NCBI RefSeq assembly: GCF_004010195.1
Contig: NC_057755.1
Location: 211,042-240,225, forward strand
Length of the DNA: 29,184 bases
Direction: 5' to 3'
Source of the DNA: Chiloscyllium plagiosum
Lineage: Eukaryota
Shown here piece by piece: positions 1 through 10,561 of this stretch. Within the stretch, counting starts at the first letter, position 1. Every line of letters begins with the position of its first letter. The translations under genes were made by a program, and so were the position numbers. The notes under the pieces were generated by a model that did no database searches, was not told the DNA's origin, and worked only from the letters and a program-made list of their open reading frames with translations.

Positions 1-240
1 CTGCAAGAGGTCATTCATGTCTGCAACAAATGAACAAACTATCTACCTGTTCTAATCCTCCTTTCCAGCACCTGGTGCACAGCGTTGAGATTTTCTATAT
101 ATCAGGTGCAGGTCCAAGTTCCCTTTAAATGACTTAAGGTTAGTCACCTCAAGTCATAATCAAAACAGTGAATTCCAGTCGCACCATCATCTTCTAAATG
201 TAACGCTGGGCCTCGTGTCCTCGATTATCCTCCCATCAAC
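1..240 (-). mobile_element. Old CR1-type LINE 3' fragment
   Basis: The reverse complement resembles a CR1 3' end (ggaattcactg...atttaaagggaacttggac...ggtgctggaaagaggattag) and is homologous to 26070-26096 plus 28155-28345. Confidence 0.55.
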
Positions 241-1288
241 ACCTAACACCATAATGTAAATATCCTCTTTTCTCTCTGTGCAATTCTGTCTGCACTACTC
301 AGCATTGAGCAGTAGTGTGCACTAAACCACAGCTGTGAGCGATACAGTTTCTCATGTAGTCCCACTGTGACCAATCTGGCAGGAGGTGAAAGAATTTGTC
401 TTGCGTTGGTCGTGGTACAGAGTAAGAGAAGAATAACATTATGGGGTAATATGGAATTGCATATTTGTGGATATCTGATCAGGGTCTGTGGCATATAATG
501 GACGTAAACAGATAGAGTTGGATTCTAATCTTTTTGAAATGTGGGGTTAGTTTTTCAGCTCCTCAGCAGTTCGTATAAGTGTTTAATAGCCTCACTTCTC
601 TTCTGACACCAGCTTTTAAATTACAGAACAAGCCAGATCCTCAATAGAAATACAACTTGATGGATCATAACCTTATTTATTTTGATTTAACAAAGTGGTC
701 TCTTGCTGAATCGCACACGATGCTGCAAATATTGCTTCACAAAAAAAGAAGATTATTCCAAAAGTAATAACGATAAAATGGAATAAACGAATCCATGAAG
801 GTATAACACAGATTCAAAGCTAATCAACATGCAGCCAATGTACTACTCTCATTAACTCAGAACAACGCATAAATAAAACAAAAGGACAGGACTTTTATAT
901 ATCATACAAAACATGACTCTCAGTGCCATTCCAAAGAAAACAACCTCATATAATAGTCACACCAGATTCCTTGTGTCTGCCAATTCTAAACTGGAACTGC
1001 TGTAAATTTCTTCCCAGAGATACCTCATCCCTGAGATTCAGTGTACTCAGCTTAAAACAATTTGTTCAGAGCTTTACCTTGTCCCAACACTTCTGTCTGG
1101 GTCTAATATAGCAATGTAATTTACTAAGACTCTCAGTTCCTACGCATGAGCATAAATTTATACATTCACTCAGTTCCAAGCTATTACTGGAACTAAAAGA
1201 AATGACAAGAATGATGGAAGGTAAACTACTGCTTTGTCAGTTGAGGGTTTCTTCTTTAATTGCAAATTCTAGAACTCTTCAACCAATC

Positions 1289-1971
1289 AATGAAGGTAAG
1301 CATGCAGGTACAGCTGGTAGTGAAGAAGACCAATAGCATGCTTGCCTTCATCACAAGAGGGACTGAGTATAGAAGCAAAGAGGTTCCTCTGCAGCTGTAC
1401 AGGACCCTGGTGAGACCACACCTGGAATGTTGTGTGCAGTTCTGGTCTCCAAATTTGAGGAAAGACATTCTGGCTATTGCAGAAGTGCAGCGTAGGTTCA
1501 CGAGGTCAATTCTTGGAATGGCGGGACTACCTTACGCTGAAAGACTGGAGCAACTGGGCTTGTAAACGCTTGAGTTTAGAAGACTGAGAGGGAATCTGAT
1601 TGAGACATATAAGATTATTCAAGGATTGGACAGTCTGGAGGAAGGAAACATGTTTCCGCTGATGGGTGAGCGCCGAACCAGGGGACACAACTTAAAAATA
1701 CGGGCAGACCATTTAGGACAGAGATGAGGAGAAACGTCTTCACCCAGAGAGTGGTGGCTGTGTGGAATGCTCTGCCACAGAGGGCAGTGGAGACCCAGTC
1801 TCTGGATTCATTTAAGAAAGAGTTGGATAGAGCTCTCAAGGACAGTGGAATCAAGGGTAATGGAGATAAGGCAGGAACAGGATACTGATTAAGGATTATC
1901 AGCCATGATCATAATGAATGGTGGTGCAGGCGTTAAGGGCAGAATGGCCTACTCCTGCACCTATCGTCTAT
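1289..1971 (+). mobile_element. 5'-truncated CR1 (HER1-like) LINE: RT C-terminus and 3' UTR, relatively young
   Basis: ORF 1260-1565 gives LYRTLVRPHLECCVQFWSPNLRKDILAIAEVQRRFTR, a typical CR1 ORF2 C-terminal sequence. It continues with RRLRGNLIETYKI and FFTQRVV-like motifs and the 3' tail gaatggcctactcctgcacc. AATC flanks both ends (1285-1288, 1972-1975), and the element is absent from the paralogous arm. Confidence 0.95.
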
Positions 1972-2532
1972 AATCTTTCAGTCTCCCTTTTAACCACGCT
2001 GAGTTGCAACCATCGAAGGTTCATTCGTACACAAAGCCATTCAGCCTGTAGCTAAACCTCAAACGCAATTTTTAAAACAATTTCTAAAACTCCAAGTGAT
2101 ATAATTTGGAGTTATCTTACTGATATAATTCCAAGTTAACTATTAACTTCAGATGTGCAGAGAAGCACACTGCTTCTTCACTCAATAGACCAGAGCCAAA
2201 CTCAAATTAAATAATTTTGCTCTCTCTGTATCAAAATACCAACGCTCATACCTTTCCAAAGTGATTCAGTTTCTTAATTCCAACGAAATTCTCTTCAGCC
2301 TCAGTTGGAAATGTAGATTTCTGGAAGGTTCCCAGAAGAGATTAATTCCTGCGGAACTTGCGATGATGGGGATTCCACAGGATGTCTGTAACTTCAAACT
2401 AAATTACTGATCGTCTGTCACTGTGTGTGACCTTTGGGCAAAACTTGCCCATGTACCATTCTCAGTGGTCGAGTGACCCCGCAAAGAATCCTCAAACAGA
2501 TTCACACAAATTCAATGGTACAAGGCACCTAC

Positions 2533-2599
2533 CAGGAATTGTTACATTTGGAAGAGTCCTGTAAAATATTCTCTGCATATGACGAATTGAGAACGTCAT
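2533..2599 (-). CDS. Candidate first coding exon of a GPR139-like GPCR paralog (MTFSIRHMQRIFYRTLPNVTIP, phase-1 donor); exon 2 would lie left of the window; may be a pseudogene
   Basis: AAAATG start, 22 codons plus G, then a GTAGGT donor. It resembles the short N-terminal exon of shark GPR139-like genes (..IYY..IA..GIP|V-N-L). TATAAA starts 81 bp upstream of the ATG, and the same layout is conserved in the paralog at 23949-24015. Confidence 0.6.
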
Positions 2600-2674
2600 T
2601 TTCTGCCTGAATATCTTTGTGCAGGTAATCTCTCTGCACTAAATGCCCAGGTGATACAATCTCAAAGCCTTTCG

Positions 2675-2680
2675 TTTATA
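2675..2680 (-). promoter_or_regulatory. TATA box upstream of candidate GPR139-like exon 1
   Basis: GCAGGTATAAA on the minus strand, with the same sequence and the same spacing to the ATG as the paralog at 23868-23873. Confidence 0.55.
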
Positions 2681-2874
2681 CCTGCTGTCATTGCCGGGGG
2701 GACTGCTACATTATAATGTGGTTCAATTCATTTATTTAAGAATTTTAACGAACAGGTGAAAGTGGTGAGTTAACACCCAGTTGTGACAAAGTATTTTGAG
2801 AACTGCATTTTATTGAATCTTAGAAATCTCAATCGGTCAATAGCAAACATTGGAAAATGTATATTAAACAAAGT

Positions 2875-3010
2875 GAGATAATCCTTACAATATGGAAGCT
2901 GACCAATGGACCCATCGAGTCCACACCGACGCTGCAAAGAGTATTCCACGCAGACGCACCTGCTGGCCCAGTCAGGCAACAGGGCTAGTCACTGAGCGCC
3001 TGTGCCACTC
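2875..3010 (-). mobile_element. Internally deleted, degenerate HE1-like SINE
   Basis: The reverse complement starts gtggcacaggcgctcagtgactagc (tRNA-like head) and ends with a CR1-derived tail (gtcggtgtggactcgatgggtcc...cttccatattgtaaggatt). The paralog is at ~23548-23678. Confidence 0.6.
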
Positions 3011-3157
3011 CACATACTATTGCCACCCCAACACCATCTATCCAACCTTGAACTTAAATTTTATTTCAGCGTCATCCTTCCCTTGCCTTTGACCATTTGG
3101 AAATTAAATTCCGATTGATGAGTGTATCTCTGAGAAATGTTCTCCTCAACACTGGGA

Positions 3158-3393
3158 TGCTGGAAAAGCGCAGCAGGTCAGGCAGCATCCAAGGAGAGAA
3201 GGAGAATCGACATTTCGGGCATAAGTCCTTCTTCAGGAATGCCTGCTTGGCACACCCTCCTCATTCCTGAAGAAGGCCTTATGCCAGAAACGTCGATTCT
3301 CCTTCTCCTTGGATGCTGCCTGACCTGTTGCGCTTTTCCAGCAACAGATTTTTAAGCTCTGATCTCCAGCATCTGCAGTCCTCACTTTCTCCT
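3158..3393 (+). mobile_element. Penelope-like element terminal-repeat (pLTR) remnant forming an inverted repeat
   Basis: 3158-3241 is the near reverse complement of 3262-3343, followed by gatctccagcatctgcagtcctcactttctcc. The 13-bp direct repeat AACACTGGGATGC flanks it (3148-3160, 3394-3406). The paralog (~23400) has a single site. Confidence 0.85.
3263..3298 (+). ncRNA. Degenerate minimal hammerhead-ribozyme motif in a Penelope pLTR
   Basis: attc-CTGAAGA-aggccttatgcca-GAAAC-GTC-gatt contains the CUGANGA and GAAA cores, a short stem II and a palindromic ACGT stem III. A second copy lies on the minus strand at 3205-3240. Stem II has mismatches. Confidence 0.55.
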
Positions 3394-4042
3394 AACACTG
3401 GGATGCGGCTTACGTAATTATCAGTGGCTGCTCTATGAAGGAATGATAGTTGGTGATTGGAGGTGCCACATTGTAGGTTTTAATAAATCCAACATCACAG
3501 TAAAATACAGCTTCTGAATCAAAAATACCTTTTTCCCAATCAAGGTAATAATTGAAGCAAGTAAAGTAACTCATTAAAAAATACCCGACAAGTTATACAA
3601 GCTCCAGTCAATACAGGTCCTCCTACCAGGATACGAGTCTCCTTTACATGTTTCAGAGCTGACACAGAGACAAACACGCGATCTATGCAGCAGTACATGG
3701 GGATGAGCTATTCCCGATTCCCTGCAGTGAACTGCACATGTATGGAGAAGAAACCCAAAGCATCTGATTGATGATTAGATGGAACAGTTTCAAGCGAGAT
3801 GATACAGTAAGTTCAGGGAGGGATTTTCATACACAAGGATGCATAAGTGACAAATTCTGGGAATAACATCTGGAAGGGCAATGCTGTCAATGAGGCCTAT
3901 AGTGATGGGGAATGGGACTTGGTGCGAGGAATGATAAAGGTCAGAAATCAGACAGCAGAAATAAATATGGTATGTTCATGTTGTCAGACTGATATTAGTG
4001 AGTGCCACAAGGATCATTTCTCCATGCACATCCATTTACAAT

Positions 4043-4172
4043 CTCGTGATGAAGGGCTTTTGCCCGAAGACTCCATTTTCCTGCTGTTCGGATGTTGTCT
4101 GACCTGCTGTGTCTTTCCAACACCACTCTAATCTTGACTCTAATCTCCAGCATCTGCAGTACCCACTTCTGC
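4043..4172 (+). mobile_element. Penelope pLTR fragment
   Basis: gatgaagggcttttgcccgaag...ggatgttgtctgacctgctgtgtctttccaacaccactctaatcttgactctaatctccagcatctgcagtacccacttctgcc, the same family as 3262-3393. Not present in the paralogous arm. Confidence 0.8.
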
Positions 4173-4197
4173 CCAATTATACTCTCCACCAAAAACA

Positions 4198-4365
4198 TAG
4201 ATGATGGGATCATGTGTGACGTTGCTGATAGCACAATGTTAGGTGGGACAGTAAAACACAAGGAGTACATAGGAACATTGGAAAGGTCAGGGGCAGGTTC
4301 ACTGTGAATGATCACAAAATACTCCATGCAATATAATGTCGAGAAATGTGAGGCACTGTTCATTA
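4198..4365 (+). mobile_element. Old CR1 RT fragment
   Basis: Translates to VADSTMLGGTV (cf. FADDTKLGG) ... MQYNVEKCE. Copies lie on the minus strand at ~22570-22735 and ~27630-27795. Confidence 0.7.
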
Positions 4366-4764
4366 ATCTCAGCCTTGCAATGATTTTAGTCCATTCAATA
4401 AAGTTTTAGATGTAAATCCTAGTCCTAAATCAAAAGACGACAAGACGCCTTTCTGCCCATTTAGTGCCAGGGGTTTCCATCATTCTCTTGAAAGTTTTAC
4501 TCATCCCAGACCCTTCTAACTTTGAGGAATTCAACCTTGGGTTTGTGTCATTTCACTTCCTCAGCATTGAACCCTTGCTGTCCAGCTATCATACTGGTCA
4601 ATCGATGCTGCACCGAATGGGCATGGACTCTCAACGTCCCAGTGTATTTCTTATTGTTCCCTATTTATAAAGTCAGTTTGGAGTATTGTTAAAATCAAAT
4701 CGCAGCAGTGAAGAGAGGTAAAATGAATGACTGATGCTTTCAGAACCATCCGTGCTGAATTGAC

Positions 4765-4945
4765 AGAGTCCGGGATGGTTTCTTCTCTAAAAGGTGGCTC
4801 GGGGTAAAAACGTCACAGAACAACTTCAGCAAGTCTTGGGAATTGTGGTTTTCTAGAGTGGCACAGCAGCAGGAGCGGGATTGTGTGTAAAGTAAAGAGT
4901 CCGTGGTCCTGGTCCAGACTGGCACCGACAATGTCTGGGAGGGAA
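4765..4945 (+). mobile_element. Decayed CR1 ORF1 (SGNH esterase-like) fragment
   Basis: With frameshifts it reads ESGMVSSLKGG/VKNVTEQLQQVLG...KESVVLVQTGTDNV. The paralog reads ECRVVYCL/NVTEQLQVILG...EEPMVRVHIYTDNI, matching CR1 ORF1 SRMVCCLPGARV.DV...EQPEVVVHIGTNDI. Confidence 0.65.
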
Positions 4946-5778
4946 ATCACTCTTTAGAGGCGGGCATCCTTTGTTTCTGAATGCATCGCCTTTGAGAACA
5001 GCCTCTCATTCATTCAGACATTCCGCATCTCAATATCCCTGAAATCCATCCTTTTATTTCAGACAGGTTCCCAGAAGTGATCAGCTTCACAGATCCAATC
5101 AGGGAACTGATATCTAATGAGGTTTAGCTGGCTGACTTCATGAAAATAATGACAGAAACAGCGATGAATTGCCATCAGTAAAAAGTAGTAAATCGGGCAA
5201 GAAATTCAAAAGTTGTTTTCTCCTGTTAGTCTGAGTAAACACCGTGCCGATGAACATGTGGCTGGGAGCATTGATTTCAGTAAGAAGGGCTTTGGACGTA
5301 TCGATGGTCAATGAGGTTTCTGGGTTTGGTGCAATCTGAATACATTGGAAACGTGGGTTTTGCTTTAATTGGATGGGGATTGCTACTCTTCTGGGGAAAC
5401 ACAACCGCCATGATGGAATATATATGCAATCTTATAATAGAGTGATGGGAACCTGGAATAATGTTCAGTTAGCAGGGAATGAAGCTGGCCACTTGAAGTA
5501 GTAAATCTGTAAGTGAAGGAGGAAAGCAACAAAAATACATTCTTGTCCATGAAGATGTTGTGCTGCAGAATCCTAATCTTCAGGATCAACCCCTTCCTCA
5601 TGCCTCTCAGATTCAGGACAGAGCTCTTTCTGAAGCATTACTTTCTCATTTTAGGGATATCCACAATAGTGTATCCGTTATGTTATACAGTTACTGTTGA
5701 AATCTCTCCTTTCTTTATTATTTATGATGATGCTTTCGCTATTTGGACAGAAATAATACATAAAAGAGTAACTCACTT

Positions 5779-6532
5779 CGAGGGACAAGATGTGCATGCA
5801 TTTGGAAAGGCAAAAACTGATTAGGGATTCTCAACATGGCTTTATGCGTGGTATATAATGTTTCACAAACTTGATTGCGTATTTTGAAGTTGTCACAAAG
5901 AGGATTGAGGAGGGTAGGATGGCAGACGTGATCTATATGGATTTCAGTAAAACGTTTGACAATGAACCTCAAGGGAGACTGATTAGCAAGGTTAGGTTAC
6001 ATGGAATACGGGGAAAACTAGTAAGTAGTAGACAGATTGGGTTGGTGGAGGGTTGTTTTTCAGACTTGAGGCCTGTGACCAGTGGAGTGCCACAAGGATA
6101 GGGGCTGGGTTCACTAGTTTTCAACATTTATATAAATGATTTGGATGTGAGTATGAGAGGTATAGTTAGTAAGTTTGCAGATGACGTCAAAATACGTGAT
6201 GTAGTCGACGGTGAAGACGATTACTCCAGATTACAACGGGATCTTGATCAGATGGGCCAATGGTTTGAGAAGTGGTAGATGAAGTTTAAATTAGATAAAG
6301 GCGAGGTGCTACATTTTGGAAAAGCAAATCTTCGCTGGACATACACACTTATTGTAAGGTCCTAGGGAGTGTTGATGAAAAAAAAGACTTTGAAATACTG
6401 GTTCATAGCTCTTGGAAAGTGGGTCTCAGGTAGATAGGATAGTGAAGAAGGCGTTTTGTATGCTTTCCCTTATTGGTTAGAGTACTGAGTACTGGAGTTG
6501 GGAGGACATGTTGCAGCTGTACAGGACAATTT
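5779..6532 (+). mobile_element. CR1 LINE internal reverse-transcriptase fragment lacking the 3' end
   Basis: Motifs LIRDSQHGF, FEVVTKRIEEGRMADVIYMDFSKTFD, VTSGVPQG, SKFADD and LQRDLDQMGQW, with stops and frameshifts. Confidence 0.95.
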
Positions 6533-6534
6533 GT

Positions 6535-6760
6535 ACAGTCTGAGAGAGACTCAAAATGGGGCTTCGCATTTCTACAAACTGTGGAACCCCTTTTGAGCTC
6601 GTGGATGGTTTCTGGGATCAGCACTTTCACATTCAGATTATACGTTCCCTTGCTGACCAGCAGGAGGCAATGGTCAGAGAAGAACACTAGTTTGACATTG
6701 TTGAATTTGACCGAAACCAATCCCAGACCCTCGAGTCTCACTTCACAGGTGTAACACACG
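6535..6760 (-). mobile_element. Tx1-like LINE ORF2 fragment (end of endonuclease domain)
   Basis: ORF 6403-6759 contains VKLVFFSDHCLLL...KGTYNLNVKVLIPETIHELKR...KPHFES. Paralog of 19650-19870. Confidence 0.85.
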
Positions 6761-7339
6761 AGCCCTTGTGAACTTCCCTCGTAAGTTTCCTCGTGATATT
6801 ATTAGTTTTAATATGGCGGCGGTGACAGGCTCCTGCTCCCATTTGATTCTGATTACCATTTCAGTCACATCAATCTTTCATCTTTGCTGTTTCATCTTCA
6901 ACTTGGTCTTCTGTTCCTTGTGCCTGTGACGGTGAAGGAAGATGGCATCAGTGTTGTCGATAGCAGCACTGTTGTGAACCTGGATCAGGTATTCTGATGT
7001 CGGTAGTGGTGACAGCGTGGTATGCCCATGTATGCAATCCCATTATTTTGATCGATTACATTGAACCGGTGTCAATGAGACAGTGGAACTGAGGTATTAA
7101 ACTGGGAATCTTGCAGCATTCACCGTCAAATTCAATCAAGTCAGACAGATGTGCAAGCCTTCACCTTGATTGAACATTGAATGGGTTGTTGATGAGATAT
7201 TGCCACAAAGCTTTAAATACCTAACACTATTTCCTGTAATATCCTTCCTGGGATAAAAAACTAAAGTTAAATCTGCTGCCAAGCTACTGCGTTCGGAAAT
7301 GACCTGGACAACTAATTAAAAGTAGGTTAAGAGTCACAT

Positions 7340-7440
7340 AAAATTTTCTGATCTCAAGTGAACCATTTGGATCATAACCTCATGTCGTGTGACTTCAGAC
7401 TTTTCCCACCCCAGTTCAACACTGGCATCCGCACATCAAG
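7340..7440 (+). mobile_element. Short shark interspersed repeat fragment (probably Penelope-related)
   Basis: ttggatcataacctcatgtcgtgtgacttcagacttttcccaccccagttcaacactggcatccgcacatca; inverted paralog at ~18970-19080. Confidence 0.5.
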
Positions 7441-7746
7441 GGTAAACAAGCCACATAAGTCAGAGAGATCCTACACACTCTCCAGAGAACATCATGACAA
7501 AGAAGCATGTGCCTTGGTGGTAGGAAGAAAGCCCCAACTCCAGTTCTGTGAGCTGTAATTGGAAATTTTAAACAAGTGCGTGGGCAAAGACGTTTGAGAC
7601 TAGCCGGTTACAGGGGACAGCAGAGGAAAAACCTGATTTTTTTAAAGGTTGGATTTTTTATATATTGCTTTTCAAAGATAATTAACAACTTCACATTATT
7701 AGTGTAAAACGAGTGCCACTAAATAAGCACGGAGATCTGTCAATAC

Positions 7747-8473
7747 TCGTATGAAGGTGTAGGTGCGTACTTTACTTTTTAGAGAGACTGTACCTTTAAG
7801 CAACACTGAACAATGACATTGACTTAGAGTGGCACAGGGTGTGCTGAGAGAAATCAACTTACAATATTTGACAGTGAAACCAATAGTTCAGTTGAGTTGC
7901 GATGGTACACAATAAATTCAAATTTAGCCATTTAGTTTAAATGATGTCCCAAAATACCAAAATTAAATCAAATTTGAATTTAATGTTTTGATGACATCAA
8001 ACAAATGATGTTTTGGGGTACAAAGCAGGACATTTTGAACAGTTAGGGAGAAAACAGAAAAGAACAGCCCCAAGCACCAACAGACTCTCAACAAAATTAC
8101 TCTTTGAAAGGTACATATCTATTAGAAATTTGTGCAGCAGAACATCAAAGCAGACCTAGACAAATCTGCAAAGAAAGTTCGACATCCGAAGATGTCAACG
8201 GCAATTGAAAGCGATTTGAGATAAATTTACGAGGGAAGTTATTGGACCAGTAACGTGCAGTTAGATGTAAAAGGTAGATTTAAGAGAATGGAGTTCTAAA
8301 TAGCGGTTTGAATGTTCTTTTTTGGACGTAAATAATAGAATTATTAACTTTACTTTAAATAGTGAAATATAGGATAAGCCTTTGCCTTTCAAACTTTAAC
8401 AGATTACGGTGGGAGGTGAGATATTCTGTACGCCGGGTTTAAATCAGCAGAAGGGTTTACCCAAGTTGCAACA
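7747..8473 (+). mobile_element. Degenerate solo LTR
   Basis: Starts tcgtatgaag (cf. TGTTATG) and ends gttgcaaca. Similar to 11312-12058 along its length (ctgtacctttaag; aaatagtgaaat...; aactttaacagattacg; tttaaatcagcagaagggtttacc). Flanks are ATAC/ATCC, an imperfect 4-bp TSD. Confidence 0.7.
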
Positions 8474-8597
8474 ATCCGAAAATGAAATGTACATTGGATA
8501 TTGTCAATGATTACAGAGAAATAACCAACACATTGATTCGGAATTTTGCCTCAGTAATTTCGAGGAAAATAACATCAACAAGAACAGTTTCTCTTAT

Positions 8598-8735
8598 GCC
8601 CTTTCGGGAAGGAAATTGCCATCCTTTTCTGGTCTGACCTAATGTGATTTTAAACCGACAGTAATGCGGTTTACTCTTGACTGCTGCCTGGGATGGGCCA
8701 ATAATGATGTCCGAGCCAATACTGCTCTCATCCCA
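8598..8735 (+). mobile_element. Degenerate SINE/LINE 3' fragment
   Basis: ccctttcgggaaggaaattgccatccttttctggtctgacctaatgtga...gggatgggccaataa...catccca resembles a common shark repeat 3' end. Confidence 0.5.
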
Positions 8736-9259
8736 TTTCAGGCCGCAGACGTTATGCTGCTTTTATATAGAACCTGGTTTGTTCGCCCTTGGGAATGAGA
8801 GAGCAATCGGTGAGATGGAGAGGGCTGTTCCCAGGACTCAGCGCAACATGGAGGCAACTAATTGCGGGGCTCGACGTGGTGAGAGCCACCGCTCAATGTT
8901 AATGTCTGGAAATTTGAAAAGAAGGTAATGCCCAACACCACCTCTCACACAAATTGATTAAAGCTGGAAATAGTCTCGATTTCCCTGTATTTATTCCACT
9001 CCATTTACCTGCATTTCAGCGTTTATGTTTCCCTGTATGCAAACTTCCCTGTTAATCGTATCTCTGATACCTTGTGTGTAACCCATATTCTTCCCAAATG
9101 TTTCATTCTCAGCTGATTGCTGCGTCATTCACCTTATCTCTCTCTCTGTATTTAAGCCTCTCCCTTTTACCCTGTATTTCAGCTATTCTTGTAATTCAAT
9201 CCACCCTATTCATTGCCCAGTATTTAATTCTGTTATTATTAGTCTGTAATTAGTAAATC

Positions 9260-9607
9260 ACAGTTTCCATACATTGTGGAAACTGGCCCTTCGCCCCAAC
9301 AAGTTCACACCAACCCTACAAAGAGTATCACTTTCAACCCCATTTCACTACCCTATTAACTACGTTTACCCCCGACTAATGTGCCTAGCCTACACATTCC
9401 TGAAAACTATGCGTAAATTAGCATGGCAAAATCACTGAACCTGCATACCTTTAAGTTATGGAAGGAAGCTGGAGCACCCATGGCGATCCCAAGTAAACAC
9501 AACGAGAACGTGCAAACTCCACACAGACAGTCGCCCAAGGCTGGAATCGAATCCGGATTTCTCGCACTGTTTGGCAGCAGTGGAAAACAGTGAACTACCG
9601 TCCATGC
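9260..9607 (-). mobile_element. HE1-type tRNA-derived SINE, near full length and degenerate
   Basis: The reverse complement has a tRNA-like head (ggtagttcactg...ccggattcgattccagccttgggcgactgtctgtgtggagtttgcacgttctc) and a CR1-like tail (ggtgtgaacttgttggggcgaagggccagtttccacaatgta). Confidence 0.9.
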
Positions 9608-10114
9608 TACCTTACTACTCTTTAATTAATTCTGTCTTTATCTGCATTCAATATTCTCTATTCTCCTGCATTTAACCATTTCTCTCTTACTCTGTTTTCA
9701 TTCCTCTTCCTGTTACTCTCTATTAAATCGTCTCAAATCTATGCTCCAATGTACCCGTTACATTTAATCCTAATCCATCTCAATCATTAACCACTTCTGT
9801 GTTCAGTTTTCTCCCCATTGCTCTCTAATTAGCTCTCTCGCTATTACTTTATATATATTCCTTTCCACTGTCCTCTTGCCCTTTAGTTAATCCGCTTCCT
9901 GTTCTCCTGTATTCAAAAATCACCGAATTAATTGATTGTTTGATTAACCTTTTTATTTAGTTATTTTCGTAATCTATTTATTCTTTTTCCATTTCTCTGC
10001 ATTAACTCCACTCCCTTTCCACTATACTTAACACTCGCGCTGCTCCACTCCAACAGGCTCCCTGTTATTCTGTGTTTACTTGTCTCCAGATTAAACTGTT
10101 GAACTCTCTCCCCT

Positions 10115-10507
10115 TCCACGTAAGCTGGCTTGCCATTCCAACACACATTCCTGCTCCCATGCTCACAGGTCTGTCTTTGGCATGCTACAATGTTTCAGTG
10201 AAGCTCAACGCAAACTGGAGGTACAGCATCTCATCTCCCCACTAGGCACATTACGGCCTGCCGATCTCAACAGTGAGTTCAACAACTTCAGATGATTATC
10301 CCATCTCGACCCCTCTGCTTTCATTCTGCTCCGTAATTTTATTTATTTATTTATTTATCTTTTTTATATATTTTCACTGTTCTGTACATCTTATTTCTTG
10401 ATTGTCTCTCTTTCTCTCGCTCCCCACTCTCTGATCAACTTTTCCCTCTCTTCTTCCCCCTTTTCTACTCTTCTCCACTGTTTTCCATTTTGTCTCTGCT
10501 TTACTCA

Positions 10508-10561
<54 letters not shown>

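Larger units (their letters stand above)
1..7930 (-). repeat. Left arm of an old inverted segmental duplication (paralog of ~18494-28345)
   Basis: Reverse complements match colinearly at many anchors: 1-195 vs 28165-28345; 540-740 vs 25165-25380; 2280-2780 vs 23770-24285; 4440-5770 vs 21280-22490; 6540-6760 vs 19650-19865; 7750-7930 vs 18494-18675. Identity is roughly 70-80% by eye. Confidence 0.9.

Noticed and set aside
2419..2446. RSS-like CACTGTG + 12 bp + GCAAAACTT
   Set aside because: There is no V or J reading frame next to it. The paralog has CACTGTC with a 10-bp spacer, and the nonamer is imperfect, so this is probably chance.
2625..2764. Antisense exon-like 140 bp (CAG|...|GTGAGT in both arms; 23784-23923 minus in the right arm) translating to ..QVIQSQSLSFIPAVIAGGTATL*CG.., superficially IgV-like
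   Set aside because: There is a stop in the left copy, no IgV C-strand tryptophan and no partner exons. My count of about 10 synonymous vs 15 non-synonymous codon differences is not convincing. The conservation is better explained by the overlapping promoter.
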